DNA of 63,961 nt, the filler included, from Octopus bimaculoides (Eukaryota): NCBI RefSeq assembly GCF_001194135.2. It is 10 parts of 9 records of this genome, joined end to end, with 100 filler letters (N's around TTAATTAATTAA, not from the genome) between each part and the next. Parts side by side here need not be neighbours in the genome. Positions count along the whole stretch, not along the records: positions 1 to 7,543 come from NC_068988.1; positions 7,644 to 20,167 come from NC_068997.1; 8 more parts are not named here. One strand, 5' to 3'. The notes below the pieces were generated by a model. It had not been told where the DNA came from. It saw only the letters and a list, made by a program, of their open reading frames with translations, and ran no database searches. The stretch's first letter is position 1, and each line of letters begins with the position of its first letter. The position numbers and the translations under genes are program-made. Shown piece by piece: positions 1 through 11,222 of this stretch.

Positions 1-60
<60 letters not shown>
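1..60. repeat. (TTA)n tract; 3' tail/target of the adjacent R4-like LINE
   Basis: Perfect TTA array abutting the LINE 3' end at 61. Confidence 0.95.
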
Positions 61-65
<5 letters not shown>

Positions 66-1058
66 TAGTCTTATTTTTATCATGTGCTTTCACTGCACTA
101 CTGAGCGCAGCTCTGTATACCTTGGGTATATACTGTGTTAGGTTGTGATGTTTTTATTGTGACTGTAGTGAAAGTGTTTTACGTAGGATGTGTGCAGTGC
201 CTAGTAGTGCTATTTTCTGTATGTTATATACACTTGTTGGTCCTGGTGTTTTTGATATGCGTTTGTTTGAACATTTTTTACGATACCTAATGCGCCTACT
301 ATGATAGGAATTCTTTCTGTTTTTAGACTCCACATTCGAGTTACCTCTATTTCCAGGTCTTTCTATTTTAAAAGTTTATCCATTTCTTTTAGAGAAACGT
401 TGTCATCTGTTAGTATTGATACATCGATTAGAAAGCATTTTTTTTTCTTGATGATCTCTGACAACTATATCCGGCCTATTTGCCTTAATTTCTCTATCTG
501 TGTGTATTGGCATATCCCATAGTATGGTTGCTTTCTCGTTTTCTGTGACCTTTTCTGGCGTGTGTTTATACCATCTTTTTTCTGTTGTTATTCCATAGTG
601 TTGGCATAGCTTCCAGTGTATGTAGATCCCTACNNNNNNNNNNTGGTTGCTTTCTCGTTTTCTGTGACCTTTTCTGGCGTGTGTTTATACCATCTTTTTT
701 CTGTTGTTATTCCATAGTGTTGGCATAGCTTCCAGTGTATGTAGATCCCTACTCTGTCGTGTCTGTGAATATATTCCTTCATAGCCAGGACTGGGCAGCT
801 AAAGACATGTGATTTATTGCTTCTTGTCCATTTCCACATATTCTGCAGTTACTTGTTATGTTTTCTTTCATTATATATTGTAGGTAATTTCTGGTGATGG
901 TTGTGGTGGCGGTGGTGGTGGGGGCTTTGGTTTTGTGCTGGAATTAAAAATCCTTCAGTCTCTGCTTTGAGTCCTGAGTTTCTCAGCCATTGTTGGGATT
1001 TTGCGTTGTCTATTTCTTTTGCGTTTAGTTTAACTCAGTATTTGCCATGAAGCCAACT
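61..1058 (-). mobile_element. R4/Dong-like non-LTR retrotransposon, 3' ~1 kb (CCHC region + restriction-like endonuclease + 3' UTR), degraded
   Basis: Minus-strand frames give KLNAKEIDNAKSQQWLRNSGLKAETEGF, EYIHRHDRVGIYIHWKLC, HTDREIKANRPDIVVRD, IPIIVGALG and ALLGTAHILRK, followed by (TAA)n. Confidence 0.9.
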
Positions 1059-1059
1059 A

Positions 1060-1330
1060 TTCTGCCTATATATCTATGCACACCTTTCAATGTCATGTAT
1101 GCCATAAAGTCTTCAAATCTAATGGAGGTCTCAAAAAACATTTTAAGATCAACAAAGATCAAAACTTAACTGCAGCTCTTGGTGGTCCAAATCGGATATG
1201 CAATCTGTGTGGATGTCTTTTCAATACATTGTCTGGTTTAAAAAACCACTTCAGACGCCATGATGGGCCTAATGTGTACGTACAAGAGGTGATCAGACTC
1301 TGCATAAGGAGTACACAACCACCATATTCT
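1060..1330 (+). mobile_element. Two C2H2-like zinc fingers plus short tail; probably the C-terminus/3' UTR of an RTE-clade LINE
   Basis: CHVCHKVFKSNGGLKKHFKIN (last His is Asn) and CNLCGCLFNTLSGLKNHFRRH; no TGEKP linker; sandwiched between a LINE and a SINE. Confidence 0.55.
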
Positions 1331-1333
1331 TCT

Positions 1334-1563
1334 ATTCTTTTATTCTTTTATTATTTTACTTGCTTCAGTAATTTGACTGCAGCCATGCTGGAGCACCGCC
1401 TTTCGCCGAACAAATCGACCCCAGGACTTATTCTTTGTAAGCCTAGTACTTATTCTATCGGTCTCTTTTGCCGAACCGCTAGGTTACGGGGACGTAACCA
1501 CACCAGCATCGGTTGCCAAGCGATGTTGGGGGACAAACACAGACACAGACAAACAGACAGACA

Positions 1564-1651
<88 letters not shown>

Positions 1652-1797
1652 TTTCGTCTACCAAATCCACTCACAAGACTTTAGTCAGCCAGAGGCTATA
1701 GTAGAAGACACTTGTCCAAGGTGCCACGCAGTGGGACTGAACGCGGAACCATGTAGCTGGTAAGCAAGCTACTTACCACACAGCTACTCCTGCGCCT
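1334..1797 (-). mobile_element. tRNA-derived SINE family A, full length, with internal (TG)n tract
   Basis: Head with A/B-box-like TGGCTGTGTGG and GGTTC motifs; matches copies at 17193, 50040 and 63661. Confidence 0.9.
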
Positions 1798-4148
1798 CCA
1801 CTCAGCCACTCCTTGTATATATAAGGAAATGCGTATGACAAAGGGATAAACAACTATCTTATGAATTTATTAGCTTAGCTGTAAGCTTATGAGGTCCATA
1901 ATATAACTGTGTATTCCTTTGTCATTGTCATTTTCTTTTTACCGCTCTGTACTCGACTAACTCTTCGTTCTGAAGAATTGCATATTGAGCTGTACACCAG
2001 ATTATTAGTATTGCAATGATTAGGGAAATACACACACACACACACACATACACACACATTGAGATAAAAGTCAAAGTTAAATATATAGCCTGTTTGTTGT
2101 TGAATCTATTTAGGGCTAGAATGGCGATATAATATGAATTGTTCAATTGATGAATCAGTGACAATAATTGAAAAACAAATCCGAAAATACAGAATAGAAA
2201 CCTCGAAAATAGTATTTTTGGGTTTAAAAATCCGTACCTATAATACCATGGTTGCTACACTTACTAAGCTTTACTTTAAATTATTTATCTGTTTGACTTA
2301 GAGTCAAACTATCATGTTAAAAAAAAAAAAAAGAGCTGTGTATACAGGATACCTATCACTAACATTCTCCTTATTTCACTTGGTACCAAACTGCATACAA
2401 GTCATAAAAGCATCATAAACTATTGTTCTAAAGTAAAGTCAAATGATTCTTTAATTACTTCACTATAGGCAATGAACAAAGCACTTTCAATTAAATTACT
2501 GTAAATTACTTCAAAATAGTCAATTTTCTACACTTGTCCTCCATATATCTCTGCTCATAGGTGAGTTCTTATGTGCGTGCACGTGCGCACGTTTGTGTTG
2601 ATCTATCTATACAATCTGAGTACATATTTGTAGTTGTATTTGTGCATGTTTCACTAGTTTTTTCATACTCCCGCTTATGAAAACAGCGTCGCGATACACG
2701 ATCAGACACCGAATTCCCTTTATAAGAAGGATACAGCTGAGTGAATATTAAGCGTTGCACCAAGACTCTGCGACAAGGTAATAACTTATAACTTCAAAGG
2801 AGAGTTGTTTTTATGACTCCACTCCACAAAAAAAGAAAAAAGAAACGCACAAAAATGTTCAAGCAAATCGAATTAAAACAAGAACAAAAGATCTCAGTAT
2901 AAAATTTCTTGCATATCTTAGTGTTTAATACTTTTTAAACCATCACATTCTTATTTCCCCTGTTTCGGACAACGATTGCTATAAAAAACATTAGACTCAC
3001 GCGATTGTAGCTCAATCAATCAGATAGATGAGCTGACATCTTCGCGCCTAATGATTTTAAAAATGTTCTGCAATACTTTGCCGACAGTATATAAAAAGAC
3101 GTGAAAGCTTAACTAAAAACAGCCGTATGTGATGGTTTCTCAGTTATTCTATATATAATGTTAATGATTGCTGAAGACACCATTCGGCGTCATATAGGTA
3201 TATTTTACGAAAACTCATTCTTACTTCCTTAATTTCATAATAATCGTTGTGGATTACATGTTAACATGTTGCAGTAACGTTAAATTCCAAATGCTGTTAT
3301 TTACTATTATATATGCTTCTGCTGTAAAAATATATGTATTATGTTCATGGTTAAACAAATAAAAAGAAAAATCACAGTTTAATATTTTTTGAACTGAACA
3401 CGCAGCACATAAATGATTATCATTAACACTTCACTAACTACACCATAACCGCACTAAAAGTTATTAATTTTAAAAGTATAAGATACCACATTTGATGAAT
3501 ATGAGCGCATGCTCTTTTCTGTTCTTCAAATATACTGTGTAAACCTCAAAATCTTTTTGTGTGATAAAAAATTCAAATAGTCTGAGATACAATGACTGAA
3601 ACATATTTATACTCCCATCCGTGTCAACAGACATTATCTGAAGAAAATTCTCATGCTGTGTAAACTATTTCAGAATTGATATTTATATTAATGGCTGAAC
3701 TTTAATAGTACCAAAAGAAAAGTAACTTAGTAATTAGCCAAATTTTACCATTTTCAGAAAAACGGTAACCATGTAACTTACTAAACAGCTTTCAATAAGC
3801 ACTTCCTTGAAAACGATTTTGGCAGTTGTACAGCCAACACTAAACTAAATAGTTGCTCACCTGTAGTTTTATATGTGAGTAATTTCGTAGTACAAGCCAC
3901 TATTGTCATCCTTGTAAAAATCACACTAGGAAGTCCTGGTTTTCAAGTGATTATAGTAACTGTACGTTCCACTCATCTGTCTTTCTGAATGATTCCGGGA
4001 CTGAAATTTTTTTATTCGATTCTTGTGCTCTGTGGTTGAAATCTTGCAATGTAAAACCATACTATGATGGTTATCTCTCAGTCAAACATGACTGCAATGC
4101 AGATGAACAATTTCATTGTTTTACACTAAGACGGTATCTGTCTACGTA

Positions 4149-5400
4149 CGAGGCTAGGCTGAAAAGTTGAAAGGCTAACTATGAAGGAATGATGTTAAAG
4201 CTGAGAAATCTTGCATGCATTAATTTCAACTCTTCCATTTATTAATAACTGCATTGTTTATTTCCAGGTAAACTGACGTCTCACTGTTCAAAGAAGACTT
4301 CAAAAGCAACTGGTAGCAACATCAGATATGACGTCATCATCACTGCGATACTGCAAGTGTTTTTTCATGTTGGAGAATACATGATAGTCAGATGGAGCCA
4401 AATCAGAAGAATAGGGTGGGCGATCAATTAGTTTAAAACCACAGAGAAGCCATTGAAAGCAATGACTTGTGCTGGATCATTGTCCTCGTGAAACAAGACT
4501 CATTCTGTCAGTTTTTTTCTGAATGTTTGGTTTTGATAGGCTTTCATAATGGCCTTAGCAGATTGGTATAGCACTTTCCACTGATGGTTTGTCTCTCTTG
4601 AAGATAGTAAATAAATACAATGCCTTTTGTATCCCCCCGCCACAAAGGCCATCGTCTTCCCTGTAGATGGAACGACCTTGGTGTTCTTTGGAGCAGGTGA
4701 GGAGGACTGTTTTCACTGCATGTATTATCTCTTGATTTCAGATCCAAGTGGTGAACTCAATATTCATCATGGATTCGGAAATGCGCAAGGAAACCAACTG
4801 GATCTGCCTGAAACAATATCAGATCTTCCTGTGATGCGATCAGCCTGGTATGCTTTTGATCAGGGGTCAGAAGACGTGGCACCCAAAGGACAGAAATCTT
4901 CGTCATGACAAGTTCATTGTACAGACTATTCTCAACTCTCTCACAAGATATGCTAACAGCATTGGTGATTTGATTTATAGTAAATCGCCTGTCATCCATC
5001 ACCATGTGGTGAACATGGTCAATGTTTTCCTTGGTGGCGGCAGTTGCAAGCTTTGCAGACCTTGGGTCATCTTCAAGACTCTCCCTTCCCCCCAAAATTC
5101 AGCTGCCCGCTTTTGCTCCGCTGATGAAGCTGGAGCGTCGTACCCTAATGTAGCAACCAGGTGAACATGAATGTCGTTGGGGAATAAACCCTTTCTCTGC
5201 AAGAACTTGATAACATCACAATGCCAAGAAAAGTCGCTACTAATTACTTTTGAAATCTACTTTGAACAGCTAGATGTCAGTTTAGCTGGAAAAAACAACA
5301 CAGTAATTAATAAGAAGGGCTGAAATTAATGCATGCAAGATTTCACAGCTCGGGCATCATTCCTTCATAGTCAGCATATGAACCTTTCAGACCACACTCA
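4149..5400 (-). mobile_element. Mariner (DD34D) DNA transposon, defective, with ~170-bp imperfect terminal inverted repeats
   Basis: TA at 4147-4148 and 5401-5402; frames give SLEDDPRS, WVPRLLTPDQK and HPPYSSDLAPSDY; arms 4149-4320 and 5233-5400 are reverse complements. Confidence 0.93.
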
Positions 5401-5754
5401 TATTGTAGAATGATAAAACCTCGACGTAGTCCTAGTGATGCAATGGTAATGGAAACCCAAAACTTTTTGGCAGATATATTTTAACAGTGACCAAAAAATA
5501 TTGTAAATTGGTATTCCTTTGAATATTAAAATGAGTTGTACGTCAATTCACCGTCTCTTTCGGTTCTACGCATCTTAACTGTCAACAGACATTTATTTTC
5601 ATTGATTATATATGATATATATAACACTGACACAGTTAAGACATGAACTTTATTTAGAAAATTAAAAAAAAAAATTATGTTGAAAATGAAATATCTTCGT
5701 ACAAGAATTATTAAAAAGTTGAAGAATAAGATAAAATGTTTGAAAATGTTTGTT

Positions 5755-5978
5755 TTATTGTGTTTTAACATTTTTAACTCCAGCAGGTGGTTGAGATTTT
5801 AATATTGTAATCTGATCTGAGAGCCAAACAGGGAGCATTCGCAACAGTGGTATAAAAAATTGTGCATCATAACCAGGTGTATATCTATACTTTGGGTATC
5901 TGGCTGTGATGGCGTGGATATGGCAAGAGACCACTCGCTGAAGGTTTGTATCAAGTTTTTCGATGACGCTTTGAAGAA
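5755..5978 (-). CDS. Candidate terminal coding exon, product unidentified (VLQSVIEKLDTNLQRVVSCHIHAITARYPKYRYTPGYDAQFFIPLLRMLPVWL...VKTQ*)
   Basis: 74 open codons in unique sequence after a pyrimidine-rich acceptor (TTTGTAGTTATCTCAG); AATAAA ~100 nt past the stop; no homology recognised. Confidence 0.35.
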
Positions 5979-6104
5979 CTGAGATAACTACAAATATTGA
6001 AAGAGGAAATTTAAATGTTATAGTAATAGAATGCGGAGGAAGACTTAATATTAATGAACAATACACACATACACACACACACACACTCACACACGCACAC
6101 ACAA

Positions 6105-6150
<46 letters not shown>

Positions 6151-6850
6151 CGCACGCACACATATATAGTTAAGTGAGATTTGGGTAAAAACCTTGTAGA
6201 ATGGGGTGTAAAGCTCGTCCACACTTATTGGCTACCTAACATCATCATACAGTGGAAATGCACATGCTATTGGATATATATTTCAGGAATACACGTCATT
6301 GATTGTTTGAAATTACCGAAATACGACAACTTTAACACGAAATAACTTTGAAAATACAAACTTTTCTCAACAGCACTAACAGTGTCCGAAGTTTGAAAGT
6401 GTTTAGTTACAAAAAATTAATTTCTCGATGTGCCGTTCAAAGGGTAAAGATCCAATAATGAGAATGCACATGCATATAATCGAATTAGAATATATCTGCA
6501 TACATTTATTTGTATATGGACATACCTACACTTCTGGCAATTAGACATTTACATCCTTATCCACCTCCTATGTATAAATATTTAAATAATGTATATACTA
6601 AAGGCTCATATTTTCCTGGGTCGGATTTGTTAGAAGCTTCACAAACAATAGATGGTCCCATTTTCGAATGGTACCCCACAGATCGGAAAGATCTCACAGA
6701 AATTTGCGAAGACAATGAGAAAGCGATATAGTCCAATAATTCGGGCCTAAATAGAAAAATAAAACGATGCAATCAAGTGAAAAATGGAAGTGCCTTGTGC
6801 CTAAGGAGAATCCACCGTTTGATCGCGCACATATATATATATGTGTGTGT

Positions 6851-6890
<40 letters not shown>

Positions 6891-6901
6891 CTTTAAAAGT
6901 A

Positions 6902-7042
6902 TATACTGTGAGCGAAGTCGAGTGGCTGCCATCTCTAGCCAGCGATTGTCCTGTACCGAGAAAGGGAAATTACCAAGAAGCCATTGGTCTGTAGGTATCG
7001 CTAAGGATGGAGGGGAGCCTTAGCTCCCTTGCTCACAGTATA
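6902..7042. mobile_element. Small putative MITE
   Basis: 12-bp perfect inverted termini TATACTGTGAGC / GCTCACAGTATA; internal GCTAAGG...CCTTAGC stem. Confidence 0.4.
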
Positions 7043-7270
7043 CAGACACAGATGATGAGACGGTAGCCAACTAAAAAAGATGTTTTCCTAGGGTGAACAG
7101 TAGTAACATCGTCCTAAGCAGTACTGGCACTTTACGTTGGCAAATAGACTTTACTATATATAGTTAAAACTTGCAAAAAGGACGCGTGCTTTCGGTCATA
7201 TAATAGTACAAATAATATGAGTATATGCATATATACGTACATGTATGTACATACCTACATCTACATGTAT

Positions 7271-7543
7271 ATATAGATGCATATCTGGGTACAGGACGTC
7301 ACAAAAAACGTGGACAAAATGAAAAACAGAACATAAACAGAGCACAGAAAACAACCAGGCCACATAGAGAACATTTTCTTCATCAGCTGCCTCTCTCTTC
7401 GAAATTCTTAGTTTAGAATAGGGGCAGCTGATGAAGGAAATGTTCTCTATGTGGCCTGTTTGTTTTCTGTGCTCTGTTTATGTTCTGTTTTTCATTTTGT
7501 CCACGTTTTTTGTGACGTCCTGTACCCAGATATGCATCTATAT
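7271..7543. repeat. Long inverted repeat (121-bp arms, 2 mismatches, 31-nt loop); possibly an inverted Penelope-like pseudo-LTR
   Basis: 7271-7391 is the reverse complement of 7423-7543, compared base by base; the PLE assignment is inference. Confidence 0.9.
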
Positions 7544-7623
7544 NNNNNNNNNNNNNNNNNNNNNNNNNNNNNNNNNNNNNNNNNNNNTTAATTAATTAAN
7601 NNNNNNNNNNNNNNNNNNNNNNN

Positions 7624-8060
7624 NNNNNNNNNNNNNNNNNNNNCTGTTGAAAGGCCCCACACATCCTTTCGGGTTCGAGCAAACTACATCCCTGTTCATC
7701 GATTAGAGACCGAATGGTGGCTCTGTTACCGCGTTGCGCCTCCGCCACCCGGGCTTCTCGCGCAGCTTCGATCCCTTCGTTCCTTAAGGCACGCATTTTA
7801 GCTCTGACGACGCAACCTTCGTGTTTGGCGTTGAGGTGTTGGTCGAGGTGTAAGTCTCCCTCTACTCTATTTCGATCTATCGCTAGTTCTTTACTAAACC
7901 TAATAGATTCCGATTTAATTGCCATTTTCAGGGCAAACCACCAGCGGTTGTTAACGATGGTTCCTAAGATAGATAGATAGATATACCGAATGATGTCATC
8001 AAATCCTTCTTGGCCAAAGTTCCATTTACCATGGTGAATGGAAAAGAAGCACCTTTTAGG
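7624..8060 (-). mobile_element. Tx1/L1-clade LINE ORF2 fragment (endonuclease-RT linker)
   Basis: WWFALKMAIKSESIRFSK...EGCVVRAKMRALRNEG...RGNRATIRSLIDEQG...MCGAFQQ. Confidence 0.75.
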
Positions 8061-8469
8061 TGCTGTCAATAGCGTACTTGGCACTTCATCATGTCTGAAA
8101 AGAGGTGAAAATGTATTCAGATTTCAAAAACGATATCCAAAAGTTGAAGTTACAAAAAAAAAAAAAATAAAGAAACAGCACAAAAAGCAAAAAACATAAA
8201 GCATTACGATAAAAATATTTATTCGTGTCACTTCAAATAGAATTGGAAAGGATTGAAATAAATTGGTGGGGAACGAACGAATTTATCTGACAACTGTATA
8301 TTTCGTTCATCACATCCCTTTACATTCTGAGATCAAATCTTGCCAAGTTCATTTTGCCTTCTATGCTTTCAAATTCGTTAAATTAAATACATTTGATATC
8401 CTTTTAGGATCAAATGTTTGGGATTAAATTTCGGAACGATTGTACATTTGCATCAATAAAATGGTTCTG

Positions 8470-8690
8470 TTATCTTTTACTTGTTTCAGTCACTGGACTA
8501 CGGTCCTTCTGGGCTAATGCCTTGAAAGGTTTTAGTCGAGAAAATCGAACCAAGTGTTAATTATCTTTTATCGTCTTCGAAAGAATGAAAGGCAAACTCG
8601 ACTTCGGTGGAATTTGAACTCAGAACGTAAAAAGCCAGAAGGAATGCCTCTAAGCATTTTGTCCAACTCTACCAGTTCGGTGTCCAACAA
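8470..8690 (-). mobile_element. Old composite SINE (family A tail + family B core)
   Basis: TTTACTTGTTTCAGTCA and GAAAGGCAAACTCGACTTCGGTGGAATTTGAACTCAGAACG match other copies. Confidence 0.7.
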
Positions 8691-9148
8691 GGCTCGATAA
8701 TGAAAATAAAATTACAGGTAGCCGTCACAAGCGAGCTTTCTCTAATTTTTTCGGTGTCTGTGCAGTCAAGAGGAGACATAGGCACGTTCTCTACCTTTAC
8801 CCCACTGATTCATCAGAACATCCAAGACGTAACTGTTGAAGGAAGACAGTAGCACCAGTATTCGGCTAGTAATCTATACAACCGAAGAGACAGAAGCAAT
8901 ATTAAATGAAGTGTTTTGCACAAGGACACCACACATCGCCCTGTCCTGAAATTGAATCTACAATCTAATGATCATAAACCAAAAATCTTAACCACAAGGC
9001 TATACGTCTTAGCTCATGGTAATGAAAGCTCCTGAAAAACTTGGACACCTCTAAGAGGTCACTCGACTTACTAGAAATAGCAGCCGTATAGTTATAGGAA
9101 TAGGGGGTCAATTGAAAAGTCGTTAGAGAGTCAAACAGAATCCCTTTC

Positions 9149-9745
9149 GGATCTTTTTTAAAACGGGGGCCACATTTTTCATTAACGAAACACTTTGAAA
9201 CTTGGAACACTGGTAGAATGTGTCATATAAAACATCTTTTTCTCTTAGTCTTCTTAAAAAAAAAGAAATCCATAAATTATTCCATGTTAAAGTTGTCATA
9301 TTTCTGTAATTTCAACCAATCACTGACGTCCATTCAGCCGATATACATTAAGTGCCGACTACATAAACAAACGATTCTGAAACAATTAACCCTAACCCTA
9401 ACCCTAACCCTAGGGTTAGGGTTAGGGTTAGGGTTAGGGTTAAGGTTAGGGTTAAAGCAAACTTAAAATGAAAAAAGCAAATAAAACGAAGGTATGGAGA
9501 TTAAATACGCTTTACATCGCTTAATGAGCCAAAGGAGTAAAGGTAAACAACCGAATACTTGTCAGTGATTGGTTGAAATTATCGAAATAAGACAATTTTT
9601 TACATGAAATAAATTCGAATACAAAAATATTTTTCTGTTCTATAACACAAAATAGATAAGTATACGAAGTTTGAAAGTCTTTCGGTACCAAAAACACTAC
9701 GTAAAACATTAATGAAAAATGTGGCCCCCGTTTTAAAAAAGATCC
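9149..9745. mobile_element. 597-bp non-autonomous TIR element (Merlin-like) with central telomeric repeats
   Basis: Perfect 37-bp TIRs starting GGATC; 8-bp TSD TCCCTTTC at 9141-9148 and 9746-9753; inner inverted pair ATTTCAACCAATCACTGAC at ~9310 and ~9561. Confidence 0.9.
9387..9455. repeat. Back-to-back interstitial telomeric repeats (CCCTAA)n-CCCTAGGG-(TTAGGG)n
   Basis: Read directly; palindrome centred on CCCTAGGG at 9408-9415. Confidence 0.97.
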
Positions 9746-10397
9746 TCCCTTTCTAGATCTTTGCACCTTGAGTTCAAATCTCGCCGATGTCAGCTTTACC
9801 TTTCATCCTTTCAGAATCGATAAATAAAATACCAGTCGATTCTTCTCTCCCTCTCCTTCACTCACTTACTCACTCACTCATTCACTCACTCACTCACTCT
9901 CAGCTACTACCTAGCACTGAGAAATATTGCGAGGAACCACTTATCGCGTTCCTATTTCCAGAAACGGCGAAGGATTGAGCGAGGGGCCCGAAACATCTTC
10001 ACATAGAGAAGAACTGATATGGGACAGACTGATATATTGTAATAACTGAGATAGAGAAGATCTAGATATACTATTTTCGAAAATATGACTTCGTCGTCAA
10101 CGCAGGAACGCTTTTTGATCACAGATCTGACCAATCAGGAAAAAACACCACAATCATATAACTCCAGGGATTTTGTAGAGATAGCAGTGAAGACTGCTAT
10201 TAGTTAATCTTGGATGTGTTGTAACACACGTCTCTCCAAGCTATAACCTTCAAGAATAGCAGAACTGTACTTAGCCGAAGAATGAAACAGCCTTCGGTAT
10301 ATGTGTGCCAGTTGTATCAATATAATACATATATGAATTAGTGTCTTTAATAAAACACACATATACAGATCTGTGGCCTTAATGTAACACTTATATG

Positions 10398-10661
10398 AAG
10401 TAAAGTAAAGGTAAAGTTTCGTTCTCGAGTCATGCCAACTCATAAGGATCGGTTTCAGGTTTCCATGGCGTATAAATTCCCGACCTGGATGGGACGCCAG
10501 TCTGTCGCAGGATTACTCATTTTTGTCAGCTGAGTGGACTGGAGCAACATGAAATGAAGTGTTTTGTTAAAGAACACAACGCGTCGCCCGATCCAAGAAT
10601 TGAAACCACAATCTTACGATCACGAGTCCAACAAGCTAACCACTAAGCCACGCGCCTCTCC
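10398..10661 (-). mobile_element. tRNA-derived SINE family D, complete
   Basis: 15-bp TSD TGTAACACTTATATG at 10383-10397 and 10662-10676; tRNA-like head; short repeat tail. Confidence 0.88.
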
Positions 10662-10724
10662 TGTAACACTTATATGTAGATTTATGTCCTCAAAGTACCC
10701 ATATATATTACTGGCCTAGTGCAA

Positions 10725-10925
10725 GCCGGCGAGCTGGCAGAATCTTTAGCACGCTGCACGAAATGCTTAGCGGTATTTCGGCCGTCGCTACGTTCTGAGT
10801 TCAAATTCCACCGAGGTCGACTTTGCCTTTCATCCTTTCGGGATCGATAAATNNNNNNNNNNATACTGGGGTTGACGTAATCAACTTGTCTCCTCCCCAC
10901 AAATTTCAGGCCTTGTGCCTATAGT
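10725..10925 (+). mobile_element. tRNA-derived SINE family B
   Basis: GGCGAGCTGGCAGAA...GAGTTCAAATTCC...GTCGACTTTGCCTTTCATCCTTTCGG, as in the 30328-30560 copy. Confidence 0.88.
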
Positions 10926-11009
10926 AGAAAAGAATATTACTGGCCTAGTGTGACATATAGATAGCTGTCCTCAATACAGCACAAGCATGTTTGTTGTAAT
11001 CTGAATATA

Positions 11010-11222
11010 CGAGGAGGTGCTGAAAGTTCCTGGCTTTAAGGGTTTCGCGAAAAGTTCCTGGCCTTAAGCGTATCACCTAGTTGGAGGCCCTACCTTCCGG
11101 CTTCTTTTATAGGGCTTAGAAAAACTGAAGAACCGCTGTAATAAGTGTGTGAATCTGAGAGGTGAATATGTTGAATAAAATCATAATTTACTGACCCTAC
11201 AGAACTTTTCAGTACCCTCTCG
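11010..11222. mobile_element. Mariner-derived MITE (~213 bp)
   Basis: TA-flanked; TIRs CGAGGAGGTGCTGAAAGTTCC / GAACTTTTCAGTACCCTCTCG; homologous to 12487 and 52502. Confidence 0.88.

Noticed and set aside
525-752. 109-bp direct duplication
   Set aside because: Identical copies on either side of a 10-N gap indicate an unmerged contig overlap.
9387-9455. Ancestral telomere-telomere fusion site
   Set aside because: The order is CCCTAA then TTAGGG, the opposite of a fusion scar, and it lies inside a TIR element with a TSD.
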